A stretch of 64,000 nucleotides of DNA from an uncultured bacterium (GTDB lineage Bacteria > Oederibacteriota > JAAXVQ01 > JAUVAV01). Positions within the stretch are counted from its first letter, which is position 1; every line of letters starts with the position of its first letter. The notes under the pieces were generated by a model. It saw only the letters and a program-made list of their open reading frames with translations. It was not told the DNA's origin and ran no database searches. The translations under genes were made by a program, and so were the position numbers. The stretch lies in the NCBI GenBank assembly GCA_964630235.1, contig CAZVUO010000001.1, forward strand, positions 360,294-424,293, read 5' to 3'. Shown piece by piece: positions 44,405-53,623 of the stretch.

Positions 44405-46048
44405 TCAGGCCTTGTGCTCGCGGTAATACTGGATCAACCCGCGGGTGGAGGCGTCGTGGGCGCCCACGGGCTTAGTCCCCTTCAGCTCCGGAACGATCGC
44501 CTGCGCCAGCACCTTGCCCAGCTCCACGCCCATTTGGTCGAAGGAGTTGATGTTCCAGATCGCGCCCTGGGTGAAGATCTTGTGTTCGTACAGGGCGACC
44601 AGGCTACCCAGGGTCCCGGGTGTAAGCTGCCGGAAGAACAAGGTGTTGGTCGGCACGTTCCCGGGAAAGGTCTTGGCCCGCGCCAGCAGGTCCAGCCGTG
44701 GGCCGCTGACGCCTGCGGCGGCCAGCTCCTTCCTGGCCTGGTCCTCGGTCTTGCCGGCCATGAGCGCCTCGGTCTGGGCCAGAAAATTGGCCAGAAGCAG
44801 AACATGGTGGTCTCCCAGGGGGTTGTGCGAGACCGCGGGCGCCAGAAAATCGCAGGGAATGAGCTGCGTGCCCTGGTGGATCAACTGGTAAAAAGCGTGC
44901 TGGCCGTTGGTGCCTGGTTCGCCCCAGATCACCGGGCCCGTGGCATATTCCGCCCACTCTCCGGACAGGGTGACGCGCTTGCCGTTGCTTTCCATGTCGC
45001 CCTGCTGGAGGTAGGCTGGAAAGCGGGACAGATACTGATCGTAGGGCAGGATGGCGTGCGTGGCCGCCCCGAAGAAGTCCGCGTACCACACGCCCAGCAA
45101 GGCCATGAGCACCGGCAGGTTCACTTCGAACGGCGCCTCCCGGAAGTGCTTGTCCATGGCGTGCGCGCCGTCCAGCAGTTCCTCGAAGCGGTCCATGCCC
45201 ACGGCCAGGACGATGGAAAGGCCGATGGCCGACCACAGGGAATACCGGCCGCCCACCCAGTCCCAAAAACCGAACATGTTCTCCGGCGCGATGCCGAACT
45301 GGGTCACGGCCGCGAGGTTGGTGGAAATGGCGGCGAAATGCTTGGCCACCGCGGCGTCGGTGCCCCCGGAGGCCAGGAACCAGGCCCGGGCGCTGTGCGC
45401 GTTGGCCATGGTTTCCAGCGTGGTGAACGTTTTGGAGGCGATCAGGAACAGGGTGGTGTCGGCTGAGATCCGTTTGAGCACCTCGGCCAGGTGGGTGCCG
45501 TCCACGTTGGAAACGAAATGGAACCGCAGGCGCGGGTGGGCGTAGGGCGCGAGCGCCTGGACCGCCATCTGCGGCCCCAGGTCCGAGCCGCCGATGCCGA
45601 TGTTCACCACGTCCTGGATAGGCTGGCCCGTATGACCGGTCCAGGCGCCGCTGCGCACGGCCTCGCTGAACGCGCGCATCCGCCCCAGCACGCCGTTGAC
45701 CTCGGGCATGACGTCCTGGCCGTCCACCAGGATCGGCCGGTTGGAGCGGTTGCGCAGGGCCACGTGCAGCACTGCCCGGTTCTCCGTGGTGTTGATCTTC
45801 TCTCCGTTGAACATGGCCTCGATCCTGGCCCTGAGGCCGGCCTGCTCGGCCAATGACAGCAGGAGTGTCAGGGTCTCGGCCGTGATCCGGTTCTTGGAAT
45901 AGTCCAGCAAGAGATCGCCGAAGGAGACGGAGAAGGTCTTGAAGCGCTCCGGGTCCTGGGCGAACAGGTCGCGCATCTGCAGGTTCTTAACCTGCTGGTA
46001 GTGGGCCTGCAAGGCCTTCCAGGCCGGAGAGTGGGTCAGGCTGGACAT
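44405..46048 (-). CDS. pgi: Glucose-6-phosphate isomerase.
   Basis: Aligns along its full length with E. coli Pgi ([40 protein letters not shown]). Start at ATG 46048 with an AAGGAG SD. Confidence 0.9.
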   Translation of the reverse strand: MSSLTHSPAWKALQAHYQQVKNLQMRDLFAQDPERFKTFSVSFGDLLLDYSKNRITAETLTLLLSLAEQAGLRARIEAMFNGEKINTTENRAVLHVALRNRSNRPILVDGQDVMPEVNGVLGRMRAFSEAVRSGAWTGHTGQPIQDVVNIGIGGSDLGPQMAVQALAPYAHPRLRFHFVSNVDGTHLAEVLKRISADTTLFLIASKTFTTLETMANAHSARAWFLASGGTDAAVAKHFAAISTNLAAVTQFGIAPENMFGFWDWVGGRYSLWSAIGLSIVLAVGMDRFEELLDGAHAMDKHFREAPFEVNLPVLMALLGVWYADFFGAATHAILPYDQYLSRFPAYLQQGDMESNGKRVTLSGEWAEYATGPVIWGEPGTNGQHAFYQLIHQGTQLIPCDFLAPAVSHNPLGDHHVLLLANFLAQTEALMAGKTEDQARKELAAAGVSGPRLDLLARAKTFPGNVPTNTLFFRQLTPGTLGSLVALYEHKIFTQGAIWNINSFDQMGVELGKVLAQAIVPELKGTKPVGAHDASTRGLIQYYREHKA

Positions 46049-46150
46049 GGAGCCGCTCCTTGTTCCGGGATGAATCGCGGGTGACATTTTCCGCTTTTTA
46101 AAGTCAAAATGCAAGGGGTCAGGAAAAACGCGGGGGCGCGGAGCGTGCGC

Positions 46151-46507
46151 TTAGTGGACCGCCGAACAGGGCTGGACGATCAGTTTGACGCCCTCGCCCG
46201 GGAACTGCTTGCGGAGGGCGGCCACTGCCAGGGCCAGTTTGGGTTCCAGCAGGGCGGGCGCGGCGAAGACATACAGCGCGTTCACCGCGGGCCAGACCTC
46301 GTCGTTCAGATGGGGACCGGAGTTGCCGCTGCCCTTCACCTCGTCCCAGCGGGAGAAGGCTTGGATCTTCTGCGCGGCCAGCAGTTGTTTGACGTCGGTC
46401 TCCAACGCCACGTTGAAGACCAGCCAGTACAGGTTCAGCTTGATTTTGGCGGACCGGGAACCGGATCTGTTCGGCATGGGCGCACGCTCCTGGCGAATAG
46501 GACTCAC
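46151..46507 (-). CDS. Small hypothetical protein (possible PII-like/GlnB-fold) directly downstream of the RND pump gene.
   Basis: GTG start overlapping the RND stop (GTGA). Weak resemblance to PII-like proteins found beside heavy-metal RND pumps. Confidence 0.45.
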   Translation of the reverse strand: MSPIRQERAPMPNRSGSRSAKIKLNLYWLVFNVALETDVKQLLAAQKIQAFSRWDEVKGSGNSGPHLNDEVWPAVNALYVFAAPALLEPKLALAVAALRKQFPGEGVKLIVQPCSAVH

Positions 46508-49500
46508 AGCGTCGGCTGCTCGAAACGCTTCAGCCGTTGTTCGAAGATCGTGTACAGCACCGGGATCACCACCAGGGTCAGCACCGTGGAGACCCCCAAG
46601 CCGAAGATCACGGCCACGGCCATGGGCGCTTCGGTCTCGCCGCCCTCGCTCCAGCCCAGCGCCATGGGCAGCATGCCGAGGATGGTGGTCAGGGTGGTCA
46701 TGATAATGGGGCGCAGGCGCGTGCGCCCGGCCTCGACCACCGCCTCGCGCAGGGATTTGCCCCGGCGCCGGAGGATGGTGGTGTAGTCCACCAGCAGGAT
46801 GCTGTTCGAGACCACAATGCCGGCCATCATGATAATGCCGAGGAACGATACCGTGGACAGGGTGTGCCCGGTCAGGAACAGGCCCCAGATCACGCCCACG
46901 ACGCCCAGGGGCACGGCGAACATGATGATGAACGGGTCCAGCAAGGACTCGAACTGCGCCACCAGCACCATGTACACCAGCAAAATGGCCAGTCCCAGGG
47001 CAAAGAGCAGATTGCCAAACGCGTCCTGCATGTCCTGGTAGGTTCCGGCCACCTTGATGGAGAACTGGTCCGGGATGGTGATCTCGGTGCGGATCCGGCG
47101 CTGGATCTCGGCCGCCACATCGCCGGGCGCGCGGCCGCTGACCTGGGCGTTGATGGTGATCAGGCGCTCCTGGTTCTTGCGGTCAATAGCCACCGGCCCC
47201 TCGCCGGGCCGCAGGGACGCCACATTGGCCAGGGGGATCTTGGCGCCGGTCATGGTCGTGAGCATGACGCGGTCAAGGTCCTGCAGCGTGCGGCGGTCGC
47301 TTTCCTGGTAGCGCACCAGAATGTTGTATTCCTTGCCCTTGACCGGATCGCGGTACAGGGACGCCACTTTGCCGGCCATGGCGGTCTCGATCGCGCCGGC
47401 CACTTGGGCCACGGTGAGCCCCAGGTCCGCGGCCCGCTGGCGGTTGATCTCGATCTGCATTTCCGGGAGCCCCTCCTCGCGGGAGACTTCCGGATCCCGG
47501 ACACCCTTGACTTTTTCCATCAAGGCCACGACCCTGTCCGACAGGCCGCGGGCCGTGATCAGGTCATACCCCTGGATCTCCACCACGATCGGGGCCGTGG
47601 CGCCAAAACCGCCCATGCCCTGTTCCTCTCTGATCTTAATATCCGCGCCCGGGATCATGGCCAGCTTGGGGCGCAGGGCTTCGATGACCTCGTCCGTGCT
47701 CCGCCGGCGCTGCGCTTTCTTGACCAGCTGGATGGTCATGTTGCCGGCGTGACTGCCGGTGATGCCTCCGAAAACGGACGCCATGGCGCCCATGCCGCGG
47801 CCTTCCACGCCCGCGCGGGCGAAGCTGTCCTTGATCTCCGGAACCTCCTTCTGCAGCACCTGGTGGATCTGGTTCAGGACCCGCTCCGACTGCTCGATCC
47901 GCGTGCCGACCGGCATTTTGATCGCCACTTCGATCTGGCCTTCGTCCGCGGCCGGGATGAATTCCATTCCGACCAGCGGCAGGAGGAACAGGGTCGCGAA
48001 GGAGATGCCCAGGACGGTCCAGATCACCCGGCGCCGGTGGTCGAGCGCCAGCTCCAGCGCGCGTTCATACCAGGCGGTCAGGCGGTGCAATCCCGCGACA
48101 AAGCGGCAGTGCAGCCAGGCCGGCCATTGGGTCCAGCCCTTCAGTTCCTCGGGCTTGGGCTCGCAGATCACCTCGGCCCGCAGGAATTTGGAGGTCAGCA
48201 CGGGAATGAGCATCAAGGCCACGAACAGCGAGGCAAAGAGGGAGAAAGAGACGGTGTAGGCCATGGGCTTGAAAATGATCCCCGCCAGGCCGGTCACGAA
48301 CAGAATCGGCACGAACACCACGATGGTCGTGATGGTGGCCGCGATCACCGCATTGCTCACCTCGGCCGCGCCCAGGAGCGAGGCCTCCCGGGGGCGCTCC
48401 CCGGCCTGCATGTGGCGGTAGATGTTCTCCAGCACCACGATGGCGTCGTCCACCAGGCGGCCGACCCCAAGCGCCAAACCGCCCAGGGTGGCGATATTCA
48501 GGGTCATGCCCGCGAAATACAGCAGGGCGAAGGTGGCCACGATGGAGATCGGGATGGCCAGGGAGACGATGAGCGTGCTCCGCCAGTTGCCCAGAAACAG
48601 CAGGATCAGAAAGACGGCCAGCAGGCCGCCGATCAACACTTCCTGCTTCACCCCGTTGATGGACATTTCGATGTGCTCGGCCGAATCGAAGATGGTGCTG
48701 ATGGCCACGCCCGTGGGCAGGTCCGCCTGCAGTTTGGCCAGCTCCTGGCGCACCCGCTGGGCCACCTGCACGGTGTTGGCGGCCGAGGCCTTCTGGATCT
48801 GCACCAGCACGCCGGGCTTGCCGTTGATGCTCAAGACCGAGGTGTTCTCGATATAATCGTCCTTCACCTCGGCCACGTCCCGCAGACGCACCGGCACCCC
48901 GCGCGGGCTGGCAACAACCGTGGCGGCGATCTCCTCCACGGTCTGGAACTGGCCGGTGGTCCGGACCAGAAAGTCCGTGGCCCCGATCTTCAGGTGCCCG
49001 CCGGGCAGGTCGAGGTTGGCCGCGGCCAGGGCCATTTTGATCTGCTCGAGGGAAAGCCCCGTGCCCTCCAGACGGCCGCGGTCCAGGCGGACCTGAATCT
49101 CCCGCTCCAAGCCGCCGGCCGCGGAGACCAGGGCCACCCCGTTGATGCGCGCCAGGCGCTGGGCGATGGTGTCCTCGGCCAGCGTCCTCATGTCGTCCAG
49201 GCCCCGGTCCGGGCTGGAGACGGCCAGGAACATCACGGGCATCATGGAGGGATCGAACTTGATGATCATGGGATTGTCAATGCCCTCCGGCAGGAAGCGC
49301 CGGACCAGGTCGAGCTTTTCCCGCGTGTTGATCGAGGCGGCCTCCATGTCGGCGCCCCAGTCGAATTCGAGCATGACCACCGAAAGTTCCTGCAGGGATT
49401 TGGAATGGACGTTCTTGATGTCGGTCACCGTGGACAGGATGCCCTCGATGGGCTTGGTGACCATGCTCTCGATCTCCTGCGGACCCACGCCGGCGTAGTT

Positions 49501-49647
49501 GGTCACCACCGCGACCATGGGGAAATTCATCTCGGGGAACAGGTCAATCTTGAGGTTCTGCAGCGAGATCAGGCCGAGCACGAGCACCGCGGTAAAGATC
49601 ATGAACACGGTGAGCGGCCGCCGGATGCCGAAACGCGATAGGAACAT
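46504..49647 (-). CDS. RND-family efflux transporter, inner-membrane permease subunit.
   Basis: 1047 aa, 12 TM segments, two large periplasmic loops, N-terminus typical of AcrB/CzcA. Confidence 0.9.
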   Translation of the reverse strand: MFLSRFGIRRPLTVFMIFTAVLVLGLISLQNLKIDLFPEMNFPMVAVVTNYAGVGPQEIESMVTKPIEGILSTVTDIKNVHSKSLQELSVVMLEFDWGADMEAASINTREKLDLVRRFLPEGIDNPMIIKFDPSMMPVMFLAVSSPDRGLDDMRTLAEDTIAQRLARINGVALVSAAGGLEREIQVRLDRGRLEGTGLSLEQIKMALAAANLDLPGGHLKIGATDFLVRTTGQFQTVEEIAATVVASPRGVPVRLRDVAEVKDDYIENTSVLSINGKPGVLVQIQKASAANTVQVAQRVRQELAKLQADLPTGVAISTIFDSAEHIEMSINGVKQEVLIGGLLAVFLILLFLGNWRSTLIVSLAIPISIVATFALLYFAGMTLNIATLGGLALGVGRLVDDAIVVLENIYRHMQAGERPREASLLGAAEVSNAVIAATITTIVVFVPILFVTGLAGIIFKPMAYTVSFSLFASLFVALMLIPVLTSKFLRAEVICEPKPEELKGWTQWPAWLHCRFVAGLHRLTAWYERALELALDHRRRVIWTVLGISFATLFLLPLVGMEFIPAADEGQIEVAIKMPVGTRIEQSERVLNQIHQVLQKEVPEIKDSFARAGVEGRGMGAMASVFGGITGSHAGNMTIQLVKKAQRRRSTDEVIEALRPKLAMIPGADIKIREEQGMGGFGATAPIVVEIQGYDLITARGLSDRVVALMEKVKGVRDPEVSREEGLPEMQIEINRQRAADLGLTVAQVAGAIETAMAGKVASLYRDPVKGKEYNILVRYQESDRRTLQDLDRVMLTTMTGAKIPLANVASLRPGEGPVAIDRKNQERLITINAQVSGRAPGDVAAEIQRRIRTEITIPDQFSIKVAGTYQDMQDAFGNLLFALGLAILLVYMVLVAQFESLLDPFIIMFAVPLGVVGVIWGLFLTGHTLSTVSFLGIIMMAGIVVSNSILLVDYTTILRRRGKSLREAVVEAGRTRLRPIIMTTLTTILGMLPMALGWSEGGETEAPMAVAVIFGLGVSTVLTLVVIPVLYTIFEQRLKRFEQPTL

Positions 49648-49650
49648 GGC

Positions 49651-50583
49651 TTATTCTCCTTGGACCGCCTGGATGCGCGACCCCTCGGTCAGGCGCGTCT
49701 GGCCTTCCACCACGACCTGATCCTGCGCGGTAAGCCCGCCGGCGATCTCCACCTCCGCGCCCTGGTTCCAGCCGGGCGTGACGTCCCGCCGGACCGCGCG
49801 GCCGTTGTCGTTGAGATAAACGTAATACTGCTGGTTCTGCTTGAGCAGCGCCTCCCGGGGCAGCAGCAGGCCGCCCGGCTTCTGGCCCACGATCACGTCC
49901 ACGTCCGCGAGCATGCCGGACTTGAGCTTGCCGGCCGTGGCTTCCAGGGCCACCACGGCCAGGGTGGTCCGGGTCAAGCGGTCCACCACCGGCGAGACCC
50001 GCTCGATCCGGCCACGGAACGTTTCGCCGGAATGCGCATCCACCCGGATCAGGGCCTCCTGGCCCGGCTGCACGCGGGCCGCATCCTTTTCGACGACGGC
50101 GATCTTGACCTCCAGCCGGCTGGGATTGACGACCAGGGCCACGGGCGTGCCCGGGCCGCCCATGCCGGCCGAGACCGCGCTCCCGATCTCGAGAAACCGC
50201 TGGGCCACCTGACCGGCGATCGGGGCCTTCACCGGCGCCGGCTCATAGGTCAGTCCCACTTCGTCGCGTTCCACCCAGGCGATGACCTGGTCTTTTTTCA
50301 CCCAGTCGCCTTCAGCCTTGACATACCGGAGGAGTTTCCCCGGCACCTTGGAGTAGGCATTGGCCTCCTCTTTGGCCGAAACCGTGCCCGAGACGCTGAT
50401 CCGGTCGTAGACCGGGCCGACTGTTGGATTCATGACCCGGACCGCGATCGGCAGGTCCACCGTGGTTTTGGCTTTGCCGTGCTGGCTGGCAATACGCACG
50501 CCGATCAGGACCGCCAGGACGGCCAGTCCGGTCACGATCCAGAGCTTGCGTCTGTTCTTGGGTTTAAGTGATTTCCGGTCCAT
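49651..50583 (-). CDS. RND efflux periplasmic adaptor (membrane fusion protein).
   Basis: N-terminal TM segment, then lipoyl / beta-barrel MFP architecture. Confidence 0.85.
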   Translation of the reverse strand: MDRKSLKPKNRRKLWIVTGLAVLAVLIGVRIASQHGKAKTTVDLPIAVRVMNPTVGPVYDRISVSGTVSAKEEANAYSKVPGKLLRYVKAEGDWVKKDQVIAWVERDEVGLTYEPAPVKAPIAGQVAQRFLEIGSAVSAGMGGPGTPVALVVNPSRLEVKIAVVEKDAARVQPGQEALIRVDAHSGETFRGRIERVSPVVDRLTRTTLAVVALEATAGKLKSGMLADVDVIVGQKPGGLLLPREALLKQNQQYYVYLNDNGRAVRRDVTPGWNQGAEVEIAGGLTAQDQVVVEGQTRLTEGSRIQAVQGE

Positions 50584-50597
50584 AGTGGGTTCCTTCC

Positions 50598-51971
50598 TTA
50601 AAACGTGTCACCAATGGCTTGGTGAAGTTTGACGCCGGCCAGCCGGTATTGATACAGGGTTTCCAGCGCCGTGAGTTCCGCCTGATTCAAGGCCACGCCG
50701 GCGTCCAGCACTTCCAGGTTCGTGACCTGGCCGTTGGCGTATTGGATCTCGGCCAGCCGGTAGCTCTCCTTGGCCAAGGCCAGGGCCTGCTGCTGGGCTT
50801 GGTACGTTTCCTGGGCCGCGAACAGGGTCAGATAGGAAGCCTCGACCTGCTGCCGGATGCCGTCCTCCAGGGCCTGGCGGCCCAGGTCCGCTTCCTGGAC
50901 CTTGGCCTGGGCTTCCAGGGCTTTGGGAATGGCCGACAGATTGTCCCAGAACGTCCACGTGACCCCCAGGGTCAGGTCCCAGGAATGTTCGAAATTTTCC
51001 GCGGTGGGCGGGAACCACCGGTCTTCGGTATCGTAGTAATTCCAGGTGCCGCTCAAGGCCACCATGGGCAGGTTGCTGGCGGCTGCCATCCGGACGCCGA
51101 TCCCGGCCATGCGCCTGGCGCGTTCCAGGTTTTTCAGCTCCAGCCGGCGGTCGAACGCCTGGGTCTGCAGGTCCGCCAGCGGAGCCCACGCTTCCTCGAC
51201 CACGTCCAAGCGGATGTCCACCTCGAGGGGGGCGGTGAGCGGCTGGCCGGTGAGAAAGGCCAGGCTGTTCTTCGCCAGCGCCAGGGCCGTGCGCAGACGC
51301 AGGACCGTGGGCTTCATGTTCGCCACCTGCACCTTGGACCGCAGGACCTCAAAATTGGAAGCCAGGCCCTCGCGGTACCGGGCCTGCACCACGGCCAGGT
51401 GGTTCTCCATGGAAGCCAGCGAGGCTTCCATGACCGCCAGCGAGCGCTGGTTGAGCACCACCTGGTAGAACGCCTGCACCACATCCACGTACACTTGGGT
51501 GGCCGCCAGCCGGACCGAATCCGAGGCCATTTCCCTTTCGAGCCCCGCCAGTTCCAGGCCGCTGTACAGCTTGCCGCCCGTGAACAGCGGCTGGGACAGC
51601 ACCACGCGGCCGCTGGTGTAATTGGAGGAGAGCTCCATCGTCTGGATCGAGGGAGGCGATCCCGGCGGCATGAGGGCGCTGGCATCGAAGCTCATGGTCA
51701 TGGGCTTGTTTTCCAGGATATAACCCGCCTGCAGGGTGCCGGTCGGCCCGAACGCCAGCAGGGCGGTCCACCAGCCTGCTTGCGCCTGGCGTTCCTTGGC
51801 CAGTTCCTGCTGGTAGGCTTTGCTGGATTCCAGGGCCAGGCTGTGCGCGCGCTCCAGCGTGAGCGCGGCTGCCGCTGGCAAGGTCGTGCCGGCCGCATCC
51901 GGCGCGGCCGCCACGGGGCCGGCGGCAAGCGCCAGGGGTAGAACCAGGGACAAGATAATGGAAGGTTTCAT
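50598..51971 (-). CDS. TolC-family outer-membrane efflux protein.
   Basis: Signal peptide, tandem OEP repeats, ~450 aa. Confidence 0.8.
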   Translation of the reverse strand: MKPSIILSLVLPLALAAGPVAAAPDAAGTTLPAAAALTLERAHSLALESSKAYQQELAKERQAQAGWWTALLAFGPTGTLQAGYILENKPMTMSFDASALMPPGSPPSIQTMELSSNYTSGRVVLSQPLFTGGKLYSGLELAGLEREMASDSVRLAATQVYVDVVQAFYQVVLNQRSLAVMEASLASMENHLAVVQARYREGLASNFEVLRSKVQVANMKPTVLRLRTALALAKNSLAFLTGQPLTAPLEVDIRLDVVEEAWAPLADLQTQAFDRRLELKNLERARRMAGIGVRMAAASNLPMVALSGTWNYYDTEDRWFPPTAENFEHSWDLTLGVTWTFWDNLSAIPKALEAQAKVQEADLGRQALEDGIRQQVEASYLTLFAAQETYQAQQQALALAKESYRLAEIQYANGQVTNLEVLDAGVALNQAELTALETLYQYRLAGVKLHQAIGDTF

Positions 51972-52438
51972 GCCTTTGGGCTCCTCGCCGGCGCCGGCCG
52001 GGACAGGATGCGTTCGATGGTTTGGAAGGCGGCCAGCAACTGCCGTCGTTCATCGGCTCCGAGCGTGCTCAGGAGCTTGGTAAAGCGGTCGCACGCATAG
52101 GCTTGCTGGGCGAGAAACTCTTTCCTGCCCCGTGGCGTAACCCCCAGCAGGACGCGGCGCCGGTCCCCGGGATCCAGCGCGCGCCGGGCCATGCCCAGGC
52201 GGACCAAACGGTCCGCGGTCTCCGAGGCGGTGGGCATTGAGATCTGGCAGTGCTCGGCCAAGGACTTCATGGTCAGCGGGCCCGCCCCCGCGAGCACGCC
52301 CATGGCCAGGAACTGGCTCATGCTGAGCTTCTGCGCCAGGGGATGCACCGGCCAGCTCACCCGGCTGGTGATCATCTTCTGCATCCGGGGCATGAGCTGG
52401 ATCAGGTATTTCGCATGCACGTTGAGCTCGGACGGCAC
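51968..52438 (-). CDS. MarR-family transcriptional regulator.
   Basis: Winged-HTH MarR core (MPTASETADRLVRLGMARR...DPGDRR). GTG start with SD. Confidence 0.85.
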   Translation of the reverse strand: MPSELNVHAKYLIQLMPRMQKMITSRVSWPVHPLAQKLSMSQFLAMGVLAGAGPLTMKSLAEHCQISMPTASETADRLVRLGMARRALDPGDRRRVLLGVTPRGRKEFLAQQAYACDRFTKLLSTLGADERRQLLAAFQTIERILSRPAPARSPKA

Positions 52439-52457
52439 GGAACATCCTTCCCATTTT

Positions 52458-52516
52458 ATTTCGTTTACCTAATAGTTCGGAAGACGAAATATATACCCGC
52501 GGGCCGGTTTTGTCAA
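52458..52516 (-). promoter_or_regulatory. Near-consensus promoter TTGACA-N17-TATATT with an overlapping palindromic operator ATTTCGT-N19-ACGAAAT, upstream of the marR efflux operon.
   Basis: Hexamers at 52511-52516 and 52488-52493 (minus strand). Palindrome arms at 52458-52464 and 52484-52490. Confidence 0.5.
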
Positions 52517-52569
52517 TACGAAAATAATTTTTGGGGATCCCGCCGAGGAGGCCTGCTATTTGCTCAACT

Positions 52570-52705
52570 TGCACGATTGCATTAGCCCTCGCCGCTGGGG
52601 CGGGATTCGTTTTGTCGATTCAGGAAATCAGAACGTTGCAGGTAGACCGGATTTGAGGGTCTTCTCATTTCAACTTTCAATTCGCAAATGCTCTGCGCCG
52701 CGAGC
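52570..52705. repeat. Copy 1 of a ~135-bp imperfect direct repeat (~75% identical to copy 2).
   Basis: Aligned by eye: gccctcgcc-ctgg-g-gg-attcg...gaaat-agaa-gttg-a-gtagaccg-atttg-g-gtct...ttcaact...caaatgctctgcgcc. Confidence 0.5.
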
Positions 52706-52809
52706 AACGGAAGATCAAGAAAATAGAAAATGGAAAATAGACCGCCATTGAGCCTGGCTGGGTTGGTATCCGAGGTTCATTCCACTTTCTCTATTGCTCC
52801 ATTGTTCTA

Positions 52810-52950
52810 TTGCTCAATTGCTCTGGCCCTCGCCTCTGGCGAGGTATTCGAAGGTATTCGTAAGGTCAATTCGAGAAATTAGAAAGTTGTAAGTAGACCG
52901 CATTTGCGAGTCTGTCTCGACTTTCAACTCTCTACTCTCAAATGCTCTGC
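52810..52950. repeat. Copy 2 of the ~135-bp repeat, abutting the 3' end of tRNA-Leu.
   Basis: See copy 1. It ends in the hairpin gcgccccgcctgcgcggggcgc, immediately 3' of the tRNA. Confidence 0.5.
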
Positions 52951-52970
52951 GCCCCGCCTGCGCGGGGCGC

Positions 52971-53059
52971 TGGTGCCGAGGGCCGGGATCGAACCGGCAC
53001 GAACCTTACGGTTCAACGGATTTTAAGTCCGTTGCGTCTGCCAATTCCGCCACCCCGGC
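52971..53059 (-). tRNA. tRNA-Leu (UAA), type II with a long variable arm and encoded CCA.
   Basis: GCCGGGGTGGCGGAATTGGCAGACGCAACGGACTTAAAATCCGTTGAACCGTAAGGTTCGTGCCGGTTCGATCCCGGCCCTCGGCACCA. The cloverleaf was checked by hand. Confidence 0.9.
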
Positions 53060-53623
53060 CGGTTCCAAAGCCTGCCGGCAGTCGCGGCATTGCCAGCGGC
53101 CCGGCATCAAGCGCAGCATGCGCTCCACCAGCTGGCCCACCGGATTGTGATGGGTGGCCAGGTAGTGTGCGTAGTGCATATGCAGACATTTGATCCCTCG
53201 CAGGTCCGCCACGCCGCCGATGCCGAGCTGTTCCACGTGGGGAGCCCACGCGGACCGCTCCGCGCGCAAGGCCAGGCGCGTTTCCGGCGCGAGCAGAGCG
53301 CGGCGCACGAAAACGTATTCCCGGTGCGCGTCCTGCATCTCCTGGGAGAGGGCCGGACTGCGGTCAATGTGCTCCTGGATGCGCGCGATGTAGCCCCGGT
53401 CCTCGATGCGTCCCACGCGGCGCACGGCCTCGGGACAGGTCAGCCAGAAAACCGTGGGAAAGAAAGCCGCGTCATCCTCGGCCAGGCCCAGCGGATAATT
53501 GACCGTGACCAGGGGGCAGGAGCGGGGACAGCGGCGTGCCACACCGTGCAGGTTCCGCGGCGGTCGCTGGATCTGCCGGCCGACGATCTCCCGGTCCGCG
53601 GCGGTCCCGCGCTCCCAGTTCAT
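53006..53623 (-). CDS. DUF501-family protein. As annotated, the 3' end (last 18 codons) runs into the tRNA-Leu gene.
   Basis: DUF501-like motif FPTVFWLTCP. No stop codon occurs before the TAA inside the tRNA variable arm. Confidence 0.65.
   Translation of the reverse strand: MNWERGTAADREIVGRQIQRPPRNLHGVARRCPRSCPLVTVNYPLGLAEDDAAFFPTVFWLTCPEAVRRVGRIEDRGYIARIQEHIDRSPALSQEMQDAHREYVFVRRALLAPETRLALRAERSAWAPHVEQLGIGGVADLRGIKCLHMHYAHYLATHHNPVGQLVERMLRLMPGRWQCRDCRQALEPAGVAELADATDLKSVEP

Noticed and set aside
46537-49641. 1034-codon plus-strand ORF antisense to the RND pump gene. The same pattern recurs at 4392-5612, 9038-10882, 12695-13921, 18372-19757, 23509-25140 and other long ORFs.
   Set aside because: Stop-codon-poor antisense frames are typical of high-GC coding DNA. 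The translated products are low-complexity (R/G/A/P-rich) with no motifs, and each is fully covered by a well-supported gene on the other strand.
52439-53059. Possible integrated island or prophage end at tRNA-Leu.
   Set aside because: No integrase, excisionase or phage genes occur anywhere in the window, and the flanking repeats do not include the tRNA 3' end. It is kept only as a repeat observation.
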